Of a stretch of 64,000 bases of DNA, positions 52,470-62,696 are shown piece by piece. How positions within the stretch are numbered: the stretch's first letter is position 1; every line of letters begins with the position of its first letter. Where the stretch lies: positions 317,887-381,886 of IMG/VR virus record IMGVR_UViG_3300043399_000877. One strand, given 5' to 3'. The notes under the pieces were generated by a model, which worked only from the letters and a program-made list of their open reading frames with translations, did not search any database and was not told the origin of the DNA. The position numbers and the translations under genes are program-made.

Positions 52470-52813
52470 CAGCTTTTCTCCACACAGGTTATGAATCCCA
52501 AACGAGATTCCGGTTGTCTTAATCCAGCACGTATCAGCATCTCACCCTGATCGTTGTATCGGACCAGCCAATACGGATATTGGGTGTTGTGCAATTTAAA
52601 CGCAGTCAAACGACCCAGCATGTTTGCCGGATACTCGTAGTGTGCATATTGATCTGCAAGGTATTGTTTGCCCTTGAGAGCAAAATATGTGCTACGGCGT
52701 TCGAAATAGTCTCGGTTGAGCGGAGTAAAACTTATGCGCTCGTAACTTTGGATAAACTTTTTTGACAGTTTATCCATGTCTAATTCTCTGATGATTATTC
52801 TACGTTTGGCCAT
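52469..52813 (-). CDS. Hypothetical protein
   Basis: 114-aa coupled ORF. Confidence 0.5.
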   Translation of the reverse strand: MAKRRIIIRELDMDKLSKKFIQSYERISFTPLNRDYFERRSTYFALKGKQYLADQYAHYEYPANMLGRLTAFKLHNTQYPYWLVRYNDQGEMLIRAGLRQPESRLGFITCVEKS

Positions 52814-53446
52814 TTAAATCTCCACATCAATGTAGTCAAGCTCAGCCAAGCACTGAAATACTGTTCCTTCAATCTTCTCACGGCTCGTGTAGTGCCAGTG
52901 ACCGAAGTACCACTGCTCAGGCTGATGCTGCTCAAACATATATTGCAGCATTTCTCCCGTGCGTGTCAAGTACAATTTTGGCTGGCCGCCCCAAACACGT
53001 TTGCCGGTACGGATGAACATGCGATAGGCAGTGAGTGTTGGGCAGTCATGAGTGATCATAACTCTCGGACGGACCGTTAGGTATGTATCAAGTACACGCT
53101 CAAATTCAGAAGAACTAAGTTGCTCAGTCTGCCACCAGTCGTATCCGGGAGTACGATAATCAGCATCGATACTCCAGGCACCGCCCACAAACATCACATC
53201 ATTCTCTACTGTACCGTCTGCTATCCAAGAAAGCATTTTAGGACACTGATTGGGATTATCGTGATTACCACGAATAAATCTGTGGCCAGTTCCACCAATA
53301 GTGTCGTTTACACGATCGTGCCAATAATCACCTTGTCCCATACCGACGCCGAAATCGCCCAGCTGAATACTACGATCGCAGTCGGCGATTACAGTTTGAT
53401 AGTCGTTCCAGAGACCGTGGACGTCTCCGATTATTCTTGTTAACAT
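52814..53446 (-). CDS. Calcineurin-like metallophosphoesterase
   Basis: GDVHG, LGDFG, RGNHD, THDCP and FGHWH motifs. Confidence 0.92.
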   Translation of the reverse strand: MLTRIIGDVHGLWNDYQTVIADCDRSIQLGDFGVGMGQGDYWHDRVNDTIGGTGHRFIRGNHDNPNQCPKMLSWIADGTVENDVMFVGGAWSIDADYRTPGYDWWQTEQLSSSEFERVLDTYLTVRPRVMITHDCPTLTAYRMFIRTGKRVWGGQPKLYLTRTGEMLQYMFEQHQPEQWYFGHWHYTSREKIEGTVFQCLAELDYIDVEI

Positions 53447-53454
53447 TGTTTTCC

Positions 53455-53841
53455 TTACTGTAGAGCTCTTAACAGGTACTCTACCGCTGTTATTACATTG
53501 CCCTGCGTTAAAGGCAGTGCAGTTCTACCTTTACACTTAGGGCATTCTGCGGGTTTGTCAAGTTTAATGTGATAAAAATTAACTTCTTTTTCACCAGTGA
53601 ATGTGCTGACGTATTCTTTTCGTTCCAGTGTACATTCAATTTTATCGCACCATCCACAACTGGGGCAAAAATGCGTGGTTCTTCTTGTAACAAAACTGGT
53701 TTTTACGTCGTTGCCCATCTTCGTTTCCAAAACAGATTTTTGAGTATCACTCTCAGTGGGGGGTTCTCCAGACACTGTTTTTTCACCAAAAGTGGAGAGT
53801 ACGGAGGAGAGTAATTTTCCAAAAGATCCTGCATTTTTCAT
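53455..53841 (-). CDS. Zn-ribbon hypothetical protein
   Basis: CPSC...CPKC. Confidence 0.5.
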   Translation of the reverse strand: MKNAGSFGKLLSSVLSTFGEKTVSGEPPTESDTQKSVLETKMGNDVKTSFVTRRTTHFCPSCGWCDKIECTLERKEYVSTFTGEKEVNFYHIKLDKPAECPKCKGRTALPLTQGNVITAVEYLLRALQ

Positions 53842-53843
53842 TG

Positions 53844-54086
53844 TTATGTGTTTGTTTGTTCTTTAAGTTTGCGGCAACATACCACTGGCATACCAACCAC
53901 TTCAAGTTTTTCGTGATCGTATATATAGCCCGGTTTGTCGAGAATAACTAGGGCAATTGTTTTTGCGTAATCACCCCAGCCGCCGATCCGGCCTTGCATC
54001 CCATCCATACTGCTGGCAGTATGACAAAATTCAATGCGATCTCCGACTTTTGCCAGTTCCCCACGATCTCTGTCATATTTAAACAT
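53844..54086 (-). CDS. Hypothetical SH3-like protein
   Basis: DRDRGELAKVGDRI. Confidence 0.5.
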   Translation of the reverse strand: MFKYDRDRGELAKVGDRIEFCHTASSMDGMQGRIGGWGDYAKTIALVILDKPGYIYDHEKLEVVGMPVVCCRKLKEQTNT

Positions 54087-55231
54087 TAGTTGCCTCCTTT
54101 GAGCAAAAACTCGTTGCTGATAGTTTTGAAGCTGAAGCTCGGGTCTTCGTTACACTTCCAGACAAGACCTTCGCGGACCTTGTGGTTGATGCTCGGACCT
54201 TCTGCAAGAACAAGACCTTCTTCGACACTGACGGGTGCTTTCCAGTTAGTACCATGCAGCGGAACATGTTCAAGACCGATCATGTGGCAGACGCTGCGGC
54301 GTTCACCTGGAGCGAGGTATGTGTGCTTTGCAATATCAAAGATGTCGAACACAAAGAATCGATGTTCTTTGAAGCCTTCACGGTTACCTTGAATGCCCGG
54401 CCCCATGATTTCGCCCTGAAAAGCAAGACCATCCGGAATCCTATCGCCGATCTTCAGGGCCATAGCTACAAAGGTGTTGTCTTTGTTCTCTTCGTTGATC
54501 TTCAGTTCAAGGTTCCGGCTGCAAACACGAAGTTCGCCTTCCCAACGGAAGATCGTGCAGCTTGAGCCATCGAGCTTCATGGTGACTTCGTAAGTCGGCT
54601 CTTTGAAGTCTTCTGGCACGACGACCGGATGCTCTTCAAGAGTCTGAGTCTCGGCGTTCCAGACCTTCTCCGTAGCGAACCGCTTGGCCCGCTTTTGGAT
54701 GTCGCCAAAGCAGTTCTGAATCCGCTCCTGATCGGTCTTGGGAATCAGCGAAGTCGGGAACGTGCCAGCAGCTTGACCTTGAAGCTGAGCAGGAATAGGT
54801 GCTTCCCACTTCTGGATGCCAAGAATTTCAGTAAGATCGGTATCTACTTCAAACAGTCTAACTGGTTCAAGATCACCAAACTGAACATAACCTCCGGGAA
54901 GGTATTGAATAAACTGTTGTGGAAGTTCACGAACAGTTTCGTCAATCTTGAGTAGAAGCCCCTGCGAAACTTGTCCACGAAGCTTAATAGTCCGCAGACG
55001 TTCACCCTTGACACCGTTGTATTCACGAGGTTCTTGACCTTTCGAGAGGAATGGAGCAAGTTCATGAGGAACCCATGAGTCAATTTCTAGGTAGAGAGCA
55101 AGATCACCAACCTTGAACTCATCTTTCTTGACGACGACTTTCCAGCCGTCAACAGTGGCAACCACGATGGCGTCGGCGCCTTCAATAGGTTGAATGTCGG
55201 CGATACGCCGAATAGTGGCAAGTTTACGCAT
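54086..55231 (-). CDS. RNA ligase, DRB0094 family
   Basis: MRKLATIRRI, LRGQVSQGL, PKTDQERIQN, KLDGSS, QGEIMG, EGLVWK and FKTIS motifs. Confidence 0.93.
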   Translation of the reverse strand: MRKLATIRRIADIQPIEGADAIVVATVDGWKVVVKKDEFKVGDLALYLEIDSWVPHELAPFLSKGQEPREYNGVKGERLRTIKLRGQVSQGLLLKIDETVRELPQQFIQYLPGGYVQFGDLEPVRLFEVDTDLTEILGIQKWEAPIPAQLQGQAAGTFPTSLIPKTDQERIQNCFGDIQKRAKRFATEKVWNAETQTLEEHPVVVPEDFKEPTYEVTMKLDGSSCTIFRWEGELRVCSRNLELKINEENKDNTFVAMALKIGDRIPDGLAFQGEIMGPGIQGNREGFKEHRFFVFDIFDIAKHTYLAPGERRSVCHMIGLEHVPLHGTNWKAPVSVEEGLVLAEGPSINHKVREGLVWKCNEDPSFSFKTISNEFLLKGGN

Positions 55232-55589
55232 ATTTGTTCCTTCCGATTCCGGCAATGTCGTTAAGCATTTTTTCCTGTTCAGCCCACTTGAGTTGTTGAT
55301 CTACACGAATCTTCAAATAGTCACGAATCAGTTCTCTGTTATTCCAAATCCACTGTTCATAGCGAGCCAGCTTCTTGCAGCACTCTTCGCATTCTTCTAC
55401 GAAAGTATGTCCTTCGACTTCAACATATCGAAACCAACGACTGCTTTCCCACTCTTCTTCATCGTAGTCTTCGGGTGGGTTCCAATCGATACCGCAGTCA
55501 CAGTGTAACCATGCACTGTACCCACCGCGGCCGGCATCCCACATCATATCGCTTGCAATCCCATCTCGGGGCATGGTATATTGTGTCAT
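55224..55589 (-). CDS. Hypothetical Zn-binding protein
   Basis: CDCG...CEEC. Confidence 0.55.
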   Translation of the reverse strand: MTQYTMPRDGIASDMMWDAGRGGYSAWLHCDCGIDWNPPEDYDEEEWESSRWFRYVEVEGHTFVEECEECCKKLARYEQWIWNNRELIRDYLKIRVDQQLKWAEQEKMLNDIAGIGRNKYA

Positions 55590-55609
55590 AGGCTTTCCTT
55601 GTTTAAGTT

Positions 55610-55638
55610 AACCTAGCAGATGCCGGCAGCGTTGTCAA
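55610..55638 (-). promoter_or_regulatory. Sigma70-type promoter
   Basis: TTGACA-N17-TAGGTT with TG extension. Confidence 0.65.
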
Positions 55639-55657
55639 CAGTTAGATCGTTACTGCA

Positions 55658-55885
55658 TTAAGTTTGTGGCCGTGCGACCCATTTTCCCGAAAGGATCGCA
55701 AATGGGCCAATGTACCAATGAGTAAAATGAACCAATTTGCTTTCGCTAAGTTCAGATACTTTTGAAAAGTATGGTTGAACTATTTCGTTATGCTTCCATG
55801 GAGTCAACGAGCGCCAATCATTTGATAGCAACAGTTTAATTATATGCTTTTTTGACTTGATTTCGTAGAGCTCGATGGCCATCAT
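55658..55885 (-). CDS. Hypothetical protein
   Basis: 75-aa ORF with SD. Confidence 0.45.
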   Translation of the reverse strand: MMAIELYEIKSKKHIIKLLLSNDWRSLTPWKHNEIVQPYFSKVSELSESKLVHFTHWYIGPFAILSGKWVARPQT

Positions 55886-55903
55886 TCCCTCGTTTAGTTT
55901 AGT

Positions 55904-56161
55904 TTAGTTCACTGGATACAGCACAACGCAACGAGGTTTGGCGAGTATTTCTGCCCATTCGTCCGGGCCCATATCCGCCTCGTCAGGTGTCCAATTCGTG
56001 CTGTATACACTGCCGTACCAAGTGGTTTCGGCAATGTATACACAGTTTTCATCAGCGCCCTCAAGCGGGCTGTACCCGTTGCCTTCGGCATCCTTTTGCA
56101 GGATTACTTCTGAGTCCGGGTCCATGGTTTGCAGTTGTTCAATAAGTTCAGATACTTTCAT
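55904..56161 (-). CDS. Conserved small phage protein
   Basis: MKVSELIEQL...QKDAEGNGYSPL motif. Confidence 0.65.
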   Translation of the reverse strand: MKVSELIEQLQTMDPDSEVILQKDAEGNGYSPLEGADENCVYIAETTWYGSVYSTNWTPDEADMGPDEWAEILAKPRCVVLYPVN

Positions 56162-57357
56162 TCCGTGATCTCCTGATTTTCAGATTCAATGCCCAGCCAT
56201 TGCGCACATTCCCGCCACTTGACGTTGGTGGTGATATGCTTGCGAATATGATCAAGAATCATTTCACGACCGTCACGGCCGCCAAAACGTCCGAATACAT
56301 ACTGCGGTGCAAAACTGTCGTTACCTTTGATAGTGGGCATCCACTCCTGCGCATAACGCTTGCGATCAAGACCGCTGGCTACCACAGTGTTCCAGTAACG
56401 CTCATAGCTTTCCACTGCCTTATGCAGTCGGTCACCAAACCGCTGAGCGAAGCTGTGAACACGATCGGCTTCATGCTGCGGCAGCATGGGCAGGACGTCG
56501 TCAATTTCTTCGTTCAGGATAAGGTCCACAATATGACGATCAAAGCGGATACGATCCACAGTCTTGTGAATGCGAACGTACCAATCGTTCTTGATCTTCA
56601 ACATATGCCCATCCGCAAAACGAATGATGTCACCTTCGCGTCCTTCTTGTTCGCGAGCGCGAGCAATGTAGTCGGTAAGGTTGCCTTCTACGCTGCCGTA
56701 TACCGGAACAATATTGAACGGAACATGACGATTGAACGGGACATACTCTCCGGTCAGATTGTCACGAATAGCAGTCAGGATCAGATCATCTTCTGCATAG
56801 TCGATAACAATCTGGTTCTTACGGCTGGTCCATTCAAAGATCGGAGTACGGTTGCCGGCCATCATAGCTTCGAGGAACATGAGTTTTTGGTCATAGTCCG
56901 GTTGTGCTACCAGCCAGGTTTCGGCGTTCATGGATACTTCGGTCACGCCCATTTTGGTGCCGAGGCGAATTTTGCCGCCAACATCAACCGGACGGATCAT
57001 GCTGCCGTCCAGCTTTTCCATAATCACATGCGGCTGACTCAGATCGATACGATTCATCTGAGTTTCTTCGCGTTCGTTCACGTTGAAGAACTTGTGGAAC
57101 GGACGGCTCATAATACGACCATCCGGATAGAAGATCAGTCCACGGCATTCACGACGCATGCGGTTGGTAAGCGATCGTTCGGCTCGCATCTTTGCACTTC
57201 CGCCTGCAACATTTACTGGAGGAAAAGTATCCTCCATGCTCACTGCATAGTTGATTACGGTACCGTAATCACGTTCGGCAATTACGAATTCTTCGCGACC
57301 TTCAATGTGAGGCAGCACGTCTTCAATGACGCGGATTTCAGGAAACTTGTAGTGCAT
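56158..57357 (-). CDS. RNA ligase, T4 Rnl1 family
   Basis: RECRGLIF, RPFHKFFN, EKLDGSM, EGDII and KIKNDWY motifs. Confidence 0.92.
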   Translation of the reverse strand: MHYKFPEIRVIEDVLPHIEGREEFVIAERDYGTVINYAVSMEDTFPPVNVAGGSAKMRAERSLTNRMRRECRGLIFYPDGRIMSRPFHKFFNVNEREETQMNRIDLSQPHVIMEKLDGSMIRPVDVGGKIRLGTKMGVTEVSMNAETWLVAQPDYDQKLMFLEAMMAGNRTPIFEWTSRKNQIVIDYAEDDLILTAIRDNLTGEYVPFNRHVPFNIVPVYGSVEGNLTDYIARAREQEGREGDIIRFADGHMLKIKNDWYVRIHKTVDRIRFDRHIVDLILNEEIDDVLPMLPQHEADRVHSFAQRFGDRLHKAVESYERYWNTVVASGLDRKRYAQEWMPTIKGNDSFAPQYVFGRFGGRDGREMILDHIRKHITTNVKWRECAQWLGIESENQEITE

Positions 57358-57520
57358 TTTGTGCCTCCGACTTTCTTTTACGGTTACGATAGATCAGTTT
57401 TTTAAAATCGTTTCTCTCTTGCATCCAGCGGTCACGCCGTCGCCGGAGCGAGTCCAGTTGGTACTGTGCTCGGCGAATCTGTTCGTCGAGCTCTGCTATA
57501 TCCTTTGCCGATCGCATCAC
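57338..57520 (-). CDS. Small coiled-coil protein
   Basis: 60-aa ORF downstream of a promoter-like sequence. Confidence 0.45.
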   Translation of the reverse strand: MMRSAKDIAELDEQIRRAQYQLDSLRRRRDRWMQERNDFKKLIYRNRKRKSEAQNALQVS

Positions 57521-57564
57521 GCATCCCTGTTGCTGTTAAGGTTACACTAAGGGATCGTGCAACA

Positions 57565-58032
57565 TTAGTCAACAGCTTTTTCATCAACATCAGCTAAACG
57601 TGCTTGAATCTCGAGATAAAACTGATGATACTTTGCAGTACGAGCGATGTCTCGTTCAGTCACGCCCTTGAGGCGACGAATGTCTGTGTTGTGCCGCAGG
57701 TCGCACAGCTTGACGCGCATGGCATCCTTGCTTGCAAAGACGCGTGTCTTATACTCGTCTAACGTCTCTCCCGGCAGTTTAGTAAGTGCTGCAATGCCCT
57801 CTAGGATACGTGCTGTCATGCCCGCCTCGCGCAGGTCTGCATAAGTAACGTCAGTGTCCTCAACAACGTCGTGGCCCAGCGCAATGCACTGCAATTCCTC
57901 GTCGTCGGTCTTGAGGTAATGCATGACCTTAAGCGGGTGCAAAATGTAGGGTTTCCCACCACGATCAAATTGACCGTGATGGGCATTGGTTGCAATGTGC
58001 AGCATACGACTTAATAGCTCGCCTCGTTTCAT
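57565..58032 (-). CDS. HD-domain hydrolase (RelA/SpoT hydrolase, Mesh1-like)
   Basis: AHHGQFDRGGKPYILHP, HDVVEDT and VKLCDLRHN motifs. Confidence 0.88.
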   Translation of the reverse strand: MKRGELLSRMLHIATNAHHGQFDRGGKPYILHPLKVMHYLKTDDEELQCIALGHDVVEDTDVTYADLREAGMTARILEGIAALTKLPGETLDEYKTRVFASKDAMRVKLCDLRHNTDIRRLKGVTERDIARTAKYHQFYLEIQARLADVDEKAVD

Positions 58033-58055
58033 CTCTGTCTCCTGTTATCCTTGAC

Positions 58056-58084
58056 AGTATATGACGAGCCGTGTGCGTTGTCAA
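58056..58084 (-). promoter_or_regulatory. Sigma70-type promoter
   Basis: TTGACA-N17-TATACT. Confidence 0.75.
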
Positions 58085-58833
58085 CCGCTAGTTCCGGGAA
58101 TTGCGCTGCATCTTGCGGAAACCAGCTCAGGATAAATGTCCCAATTACGCATCAAGAATTTGAGTCTAACGCCGTAACTGGTAATCGTACACTGTTGCCA
58201 ACCGGGTGCGATAGGTGCTGCTACTTCTTCCGGATAAAACAACCAAGCTTCGGTATTAAAGAAACTCCACACATGGTTAAAGTTGCTGGGCGAAATTCTA
58301 AAATACAAGCTATCTTCGGCACCACAGCTGAACGATTCACCAGCGGCTGGAGCCAAACACCCTCTTACGGAAAAAATGTTCGAATCCGGTGCAATCTCCT
58401 CAGCATTGGAAAGATACACAAACTCGTCCGTTCTTCCAGTTACCAAGTAAATGGTAGCATCAAATACAATGAACATTGCATGAAAGCCCAGGTACAACAC
58501 TGAAACTGTCGCTGCAATTACCACAGCACCGCGTATTTTTGAAAAACGACGCTCACCATCGGCATTTTTGCTGTAAACGGTACGATCCCATACCCAACGA
58601 AAATGCTGCCAGAACACCAATTTAAACAGCCAGTATGCCCAGCTATAAAACGGATAGATAAAGCGTTGCCAAAATACTGTCAAACTGGCAACAAACTGAT
58701 ACCAAAAACGTGTCAACGACCACCAGCGGCGAGCAGTTTCTGGAACTATTCCGATGCCCTGGAGCCGGGCACGTTCGGCTTCTTCTTGCTCCAGGTCACG
58801 GATGGCTTTCTTTGCCAGTTCTTCGGATTTCAT
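58081..58833 (-). CDS. Membrane protein with a Trp-rich amphipathic region and a Cys-containing outer domain
   Basis: Trp/Phe-rich N-terminal half, one TM, four Cys in the C-terminal domain. Confidence 0.65.
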   Translation of the reverse strand: MKSEELAKKAIRDLEQEEAERARLQGIGIVPETARRWWSLTRFWYQFVASLTVFWQRFIYPFYSWAYWLFKLVFWQHFRWVWDRTVYSKNADGERRFSKIRGAVVIAATVSVLYLGFHAMFIVFDATIYLVTGRTDEFVYLSNAEEIAPDSNIFSVRGCLAPAAGESFSCGAEDSLYFRISPSNFNHVWSFFNTEAWLFYPEEVAAPIAPGWQQCTITSYGVRLKFLMRNWDIYPELVSARCSAIPGTSG

Positions 58834-58844
58834 GTCAGTCCCCT

Positions 58845-60980
58845 TTAGGAAAAGATCGAGTCAAACTCGCGGGTTTCAGTGTTATACACGAGTTCAAGTT
58901 TAGTGCTTTGCACACGGTTTTCCAGGATCAAGTCTGCAATAAGCGGTTCAATGTTGCTTACCACATATCCCTGTAGGCCGCGGGCGCCGTTGCGTGGGTC
59001 GTAATGATCTGCACAGAACGCACTCACACTAGCATCGCTGACCACAATATCCATGCCGCTTTCGCGATATGCACGATTGAGATCTTTGAGTTCGCGCTTG
59101 ACAATCTTCTCGATGCTGTCCAGTTCCAGTCTACGGAAGCAGACGATGTTCTGGCGACCGGCAAAACGGTTAAGGAATTCCGGACGGTAAATTCTATCCA
59201 GTTCCTCGTTTGCAAGAGCCTCTGCTTCCGTGTAAGTCAGCCCAACATCCAGGAAGTAAGGCTGGCCGATGTTGGTGGTCATAATCACCATCGACTCCGA
59301 GAAGTTGACCGTACGCCCGTGGTTGTCAGTCAGTCGACCATCACTCAGGATTTGCAGGAACAGGTCAAACACTGCCGGATCAGCCTTCTCAATTTCATCA
59401 AAAAGGATGATACGGTTGGGGTTTTGACGCATTGCGTTGGTAAGGATACCACCGCGTTCCGATCCTTCGTAACCAGCCGGAGCACCGATCAGTTTTGCAA
59501 CCGAATGCTTTTCCATGTATTCACTCATGTCGAAGCGAGTCAGTGCAGCTTCATCATCTTTCAGTGCATGTGCCAGTGCCTTACACACTTCGGTCTTACC
59601 GGTACCACTCGGGCCCATAATAAGGAAGCTAGCCTGCGGCTTGCTGCCGTTACGACGACCGATACGTGCAACCTTAATTGCGTTTGCAATTTTCTTGATT
59701 ACCTCGGTTTGTCCGAACACACGGCTGTTGAGTGCAGCTTCAAGGTTACGCAGCTTTTCGCGCTCGTCTTCGTTCAGCTTGTTGGCCGGGATACCCGACA
59801 GTCGGCTAAACTCCGCAAGCACAAAGTCTTTGGTAAGGCTCAGCTGATCGTTGATCTCACCCGTAAGCACGTCAAACTCTGCACGGTTTTCGTTAATAAC
59901 CGTCTGAAACTTGCGAATTTCTTCGCGCAGCGCACGAACACGGGCACTTTCAAATCCGGCAGCTTTTGCAGTGCTGCTGAACATCTGAATACGACGAGTG
60001 GGCAGGGCTTCTTCTTCGACCTTTTCGCCACGAGCTTCCATTTCAGCTTCCAGCTTCTTCTGTGCAGCAATTTGCTCTTCGAGATCAATAACTGCAAGTT
60101 CACCATCACGCTGGAATTGGAACAGCTCTTTGATACGATCTTGAGTTTTCGCAAACTCGGCATCCAATGCAACAATAGCCGGATCACCTTCCTGCGCACC
60201 TTCGATCAACATCTTGACCACTTTAGGGTGTCGTTTGTGTGCGTCCAGTCTATAAGTTGACAAGGCGCGGTCCAGTAGGTTAGTGCTGCGCTCCGGCTGT
60301 GCGCGGCTCAAACTTGCATCGCGAGTACGATACTTGTTGGTCAGTTCAACAGCAGTTTCCACAGCATCCGCATCGATGCGAATATCGTGGTGGTTGCTGA
60401 GACCTTCGGCAGTAACTCGAACGATTTCCATAAGGTCATTGCCAGTGGGCTCATTGAGATCAATCATCGTATAGTGCTGACGCATGTCGCTGTGTGCGCT
60501 CAACACCATGTCAAGATCCTGATCCTTGGTCTCAAGAATAACCTGGGTCTCGCCGTTCTTAACAAGGCTGTTCAGACTGTTGATAAAGTGGCTGCAACCG
60601 TTGTTGCGAGCAGCTTCGATAAAGTCACGAACGTCCTCGATAACAAGAATACTATCTGGCGTTCGCTTGAGGATAGCAAGAACGTTTGTGAACCCTTTGT
60701 TAATTTCCTCATGATTACCAGAAGTAAAGAGTTCGTCAGTTCTGAGCCAGAAAAGACGCTTGCTGATAATATCAAAAGTCACATCCGGCTGGTCTTTGGC
60801 GGCTTGCAGTCCGAGAGTGAGGGTGCTTGCGCCCACACCTCCGGGACCAACCAGGATAACTGATGCGGCCTTATTCCGCATCAGCACCGAGGACAACCGC
60901 TTGAGATCAGCATCGCGCCCAACCAGCCGGAAGTTTTTGTGTTTTGCCAGCAGTTCGTTGCCGGAAATCAAGTATTGCAT
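58845..60980 (-). CDS. ClpB/ClpA-like Hsp100 AAA+ ATPase lacking the N-domain, with degenerate NBD1
   Basis: NBD2 GPSGTGKT, RFDMSEYMEKHSV, GAPAGYEG, LFDEIEKA, GRLTD, RPEFLNR and GARGL; NBD1 Walker A reads GPGGVGAS. Confidence 0.92.
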   Translation of the reverse strand: MQYLISGNELLAKHKNFRLVGRDADLKRLSSVLMRNKAASVILVGPGGVGASTLTLGLQAAKDQPDVTFDIISKRLFWLRTDELFTSGNHEEINKGFTNVLAILKRTPDSILVIEDVRDFIEAARNNGCSHFINSLNSLVKNGETQVILETKDQDLDMVLSAHSDMRQHYTMIDLNEPTGNDLMEIVRVTAEGLSNHHDIRIDADAVETAVELTNKYRTRDASLSRAQPERSTNLLDRALSTYRLDAHKRHPKVVKMLIEGAQEGDPAIVALDAEFAKTQDRIKELFQFQRDGELAVIDLEEQIAAQKKLEAEMEARGEKVEEEALPTRRIQMFSSTAKAAGFESARVRALREEIRKFQTVINENRAEFDVLTGEINDQLSLTKDFVLAEFSRLSGIPANKLNEDEREKLRNLEAALNSRVFGQTEVIKKIANAIKVARIGRRNGSKPQASFLIMGPSGTGKTEVCKALAHALKDDEAALTRFDMSEYMEKHSVAKLIGAPAGYEGSERGGILTNAMRQNPNRIILFDEIEKADPAVFDLFLQILSDGRLTDNHGRTVNFSESMVIMTTNIGQPYFLDVGLTYTEAEALANEELDRIYRPEFLNRFAGRQNIVCFRRLELDSIEKIVKRELKDLNRAYRESGMDIVVSDASVSAFCADHYDPRNGARGLQGYVVSNIEPLIADLILENRVQSTKLELVYNTETREFDSIFS

Positions 60981-60995
60981 GTTGTCCTCTCCTGT

Positions 60996-62672
60996 TTACG
61001 CACCGAGCCCAAACGGGCTCCGCGCAGTTTTCTTTTCAGTCTTTTCTTCGGCTTTCTTGCCTTCACCCATAACGATGTCGGCAACCACTGCCTTGCTGTC
61101 AAGCACAGTTTCTGCAACCTCACGAGCAGTCTTTTCCATGACTTCCAGATTTTCACGCAGCGTAGCAATACCCTGGCGAGTAAACTCGGTAGCGACACGG
61201 TTGACTTCGCCGTATTGTGCGAGGCCTTCGATAGCACGTACCATCTGCTCGTTGCGATCCTGGATGCCCATAGCGATCCGCATGCTTTCCTTCTGAGCGA
61301 TAACGTCGGTATTGTCGCTCATAGCTTTCAGCGTTTCCGCAGTCATAGCGTTAGACTCGGCAATCGCCGCAGCACCGACAGCCTGGATAACAGTACTGAG
61401 TCGATCAGCAACACCGGCAACACCGCGGGCATGCATATCACGTGCCATCTGGATCTGCTGCTTGTTTGCATCGTTCATGTTCTTGATACGGATGCTTGCG
61501 CTGGTCAAGTCAGCAACAGTTGCAACAGTATCGGCGGCCGACGTTTCCAGCATGGTGATATGCTCGTCAAGATCGCGCTGTTTGCCTTCGCGTTGCAGTT
61601 TCTGCACCATGTTTTCTTCCGGAGCAGCCTTACCGACTTCTTCGCGGATTCGCTTGTTTTCCTGTTCAGCACCTTTGACTCCTTCGCCGAGCAGAGCATA
61701 GATAAAGCTCATTTGTCCGTTGGCATCTTCAAGGTTCTGAATCTGATCGCCCATGTGCGACAAATGATCACGAATCGTTTCGATCTTGTCCTTGCTGGTC
61801 TGCACAAAGTTGACAGCCGAATCGATCAGACGCTTGCTGCGTTGCTGATGTTCGTCGGTTGCAAGGTTCAGCATTTCCTTCAGCTTCTCTTTGGCTTCAA
61901 GATTGGTAATCTTGCTCTCAGAGTTTTGTGCAGTCGCCTGCTCAGCATTTGCCTTTGCTTCTTCGCTAATGCGTTGCAGTTCAGCAGCCGCATTTTCCAT
62001 AGCGACCTTGTTGCGGGCGATCTTTTCAATCGACTCCGGCTTGATGCCGCCAAAACCAAAGAAGCCCTTGTTTTGCTCTTCAATGCGGTTTTGCGTTTTC
62101 AGTTCGTCAATACGTTCTTGCACACGCTTGATCTGGTCAGTCAGTTCTGCATCGCGCTGTGCAATAGCTTCGCGACGCTTTTCTTCATCCTTAATTTCAC
62201 GGAATGCATCCAGGGTTTGGTTGTCTGCACGAAGAACGTGCAAGGCATCCAGGATGTCGGTCAGCGGCTTCATGTCACCTTCGAAGTCGATCAGCGCATT
62301 GTTGATGTCTTCAAAAGTAGTTTTCAGCGTAGCAAAGTTGCGGGTGTCCGACATCTTGATGATCTGCGTGGCCATAACTTCACGTTCGGCTTGCAGATAC
62401 TCTTTGAAAACGTCAAACGCCTTCACACGCTCACGGTTTTCTTCGCGGGTGCCAGCAAATGTAAGCAGTTTAGTAACCGCAGCTTGTTTTTGTTCCGGGC
62501 TCAACGCCTCGTCAAAAATCGTCTGGAAAAACGGATTGCTTTCAATATTAGCAAACCGGCTATCACGAGCTTTGGTTTCTTCTTTCTGCTTGGTCGAGGC
62601 AGCGGTGGTCCCGCGGACTCGGATGATTTCTTCTAGCTGCTCTTGGCGGCTAAGTTTTGCGCTTCCGGCCAT
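60996..62672 (-). CDS. Long coiled-coil protein
   Basis: 558 aa, heptad-rich, central KGFFGFGG. Confidence 0.75.
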   Translation of the reverse strand: MAGSAKLSRQEQLEEIIRVRGTTAASTKQKEETKARDSRFANIESNPFFQTIFDEALSPEQKQAAVTKLLTFAGTREENRERVKAFDVFKEYLQAEREVMATQIIKMSDTRNFATLKTTFEDINNALIDFEGDMKPLTDILDALHVLRADNQTLDAFREIKDEEKRREAIAQRDAELTDQIKRVQERIDELKTQNRIEEQNKGFFGFGGIKPESIEKIARNKVAMENAAAELQRISEEAKANAEQATAQNSESKITNLEAKEKLKEMLNLATDEHQQRSKRLIDSAVNFVQTSKDKIETIRDHLSHMGDQIQNLEDANGQMSFIYALLGEGVKGAEQENKRIREEVGKAAPEENMVQKLQREGKQRDLDEHITMLETSAADTVATVADLTSASIRIKNMNDANKQQIQMARDMHARGVAGVADRLSTVIQAVGAAAIAESNAMTAETLKAMSDNTDVIAQKESMRIAMGIQDRNEQMVRAIEGLAQYGEVNRVATEFTRQGIATLRENLEVMEKTAREVAETVLDSKAVVADIVMGEGKKAEEKTEKKTARSPFGLGA

Positions 62673-62696
62673 TCTTTTCTCCTGAATGTCTAAATG

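Noticed and set aside
56200-62685. Long plus-strand ORFs (401, 418, 565 and 264 aa)
   Set aside because: They lie antisense to well-supported genes (Rnl1, the Clp ATPase and its operon partner), have no motifs or SD, and are typical codon-bias shadows.
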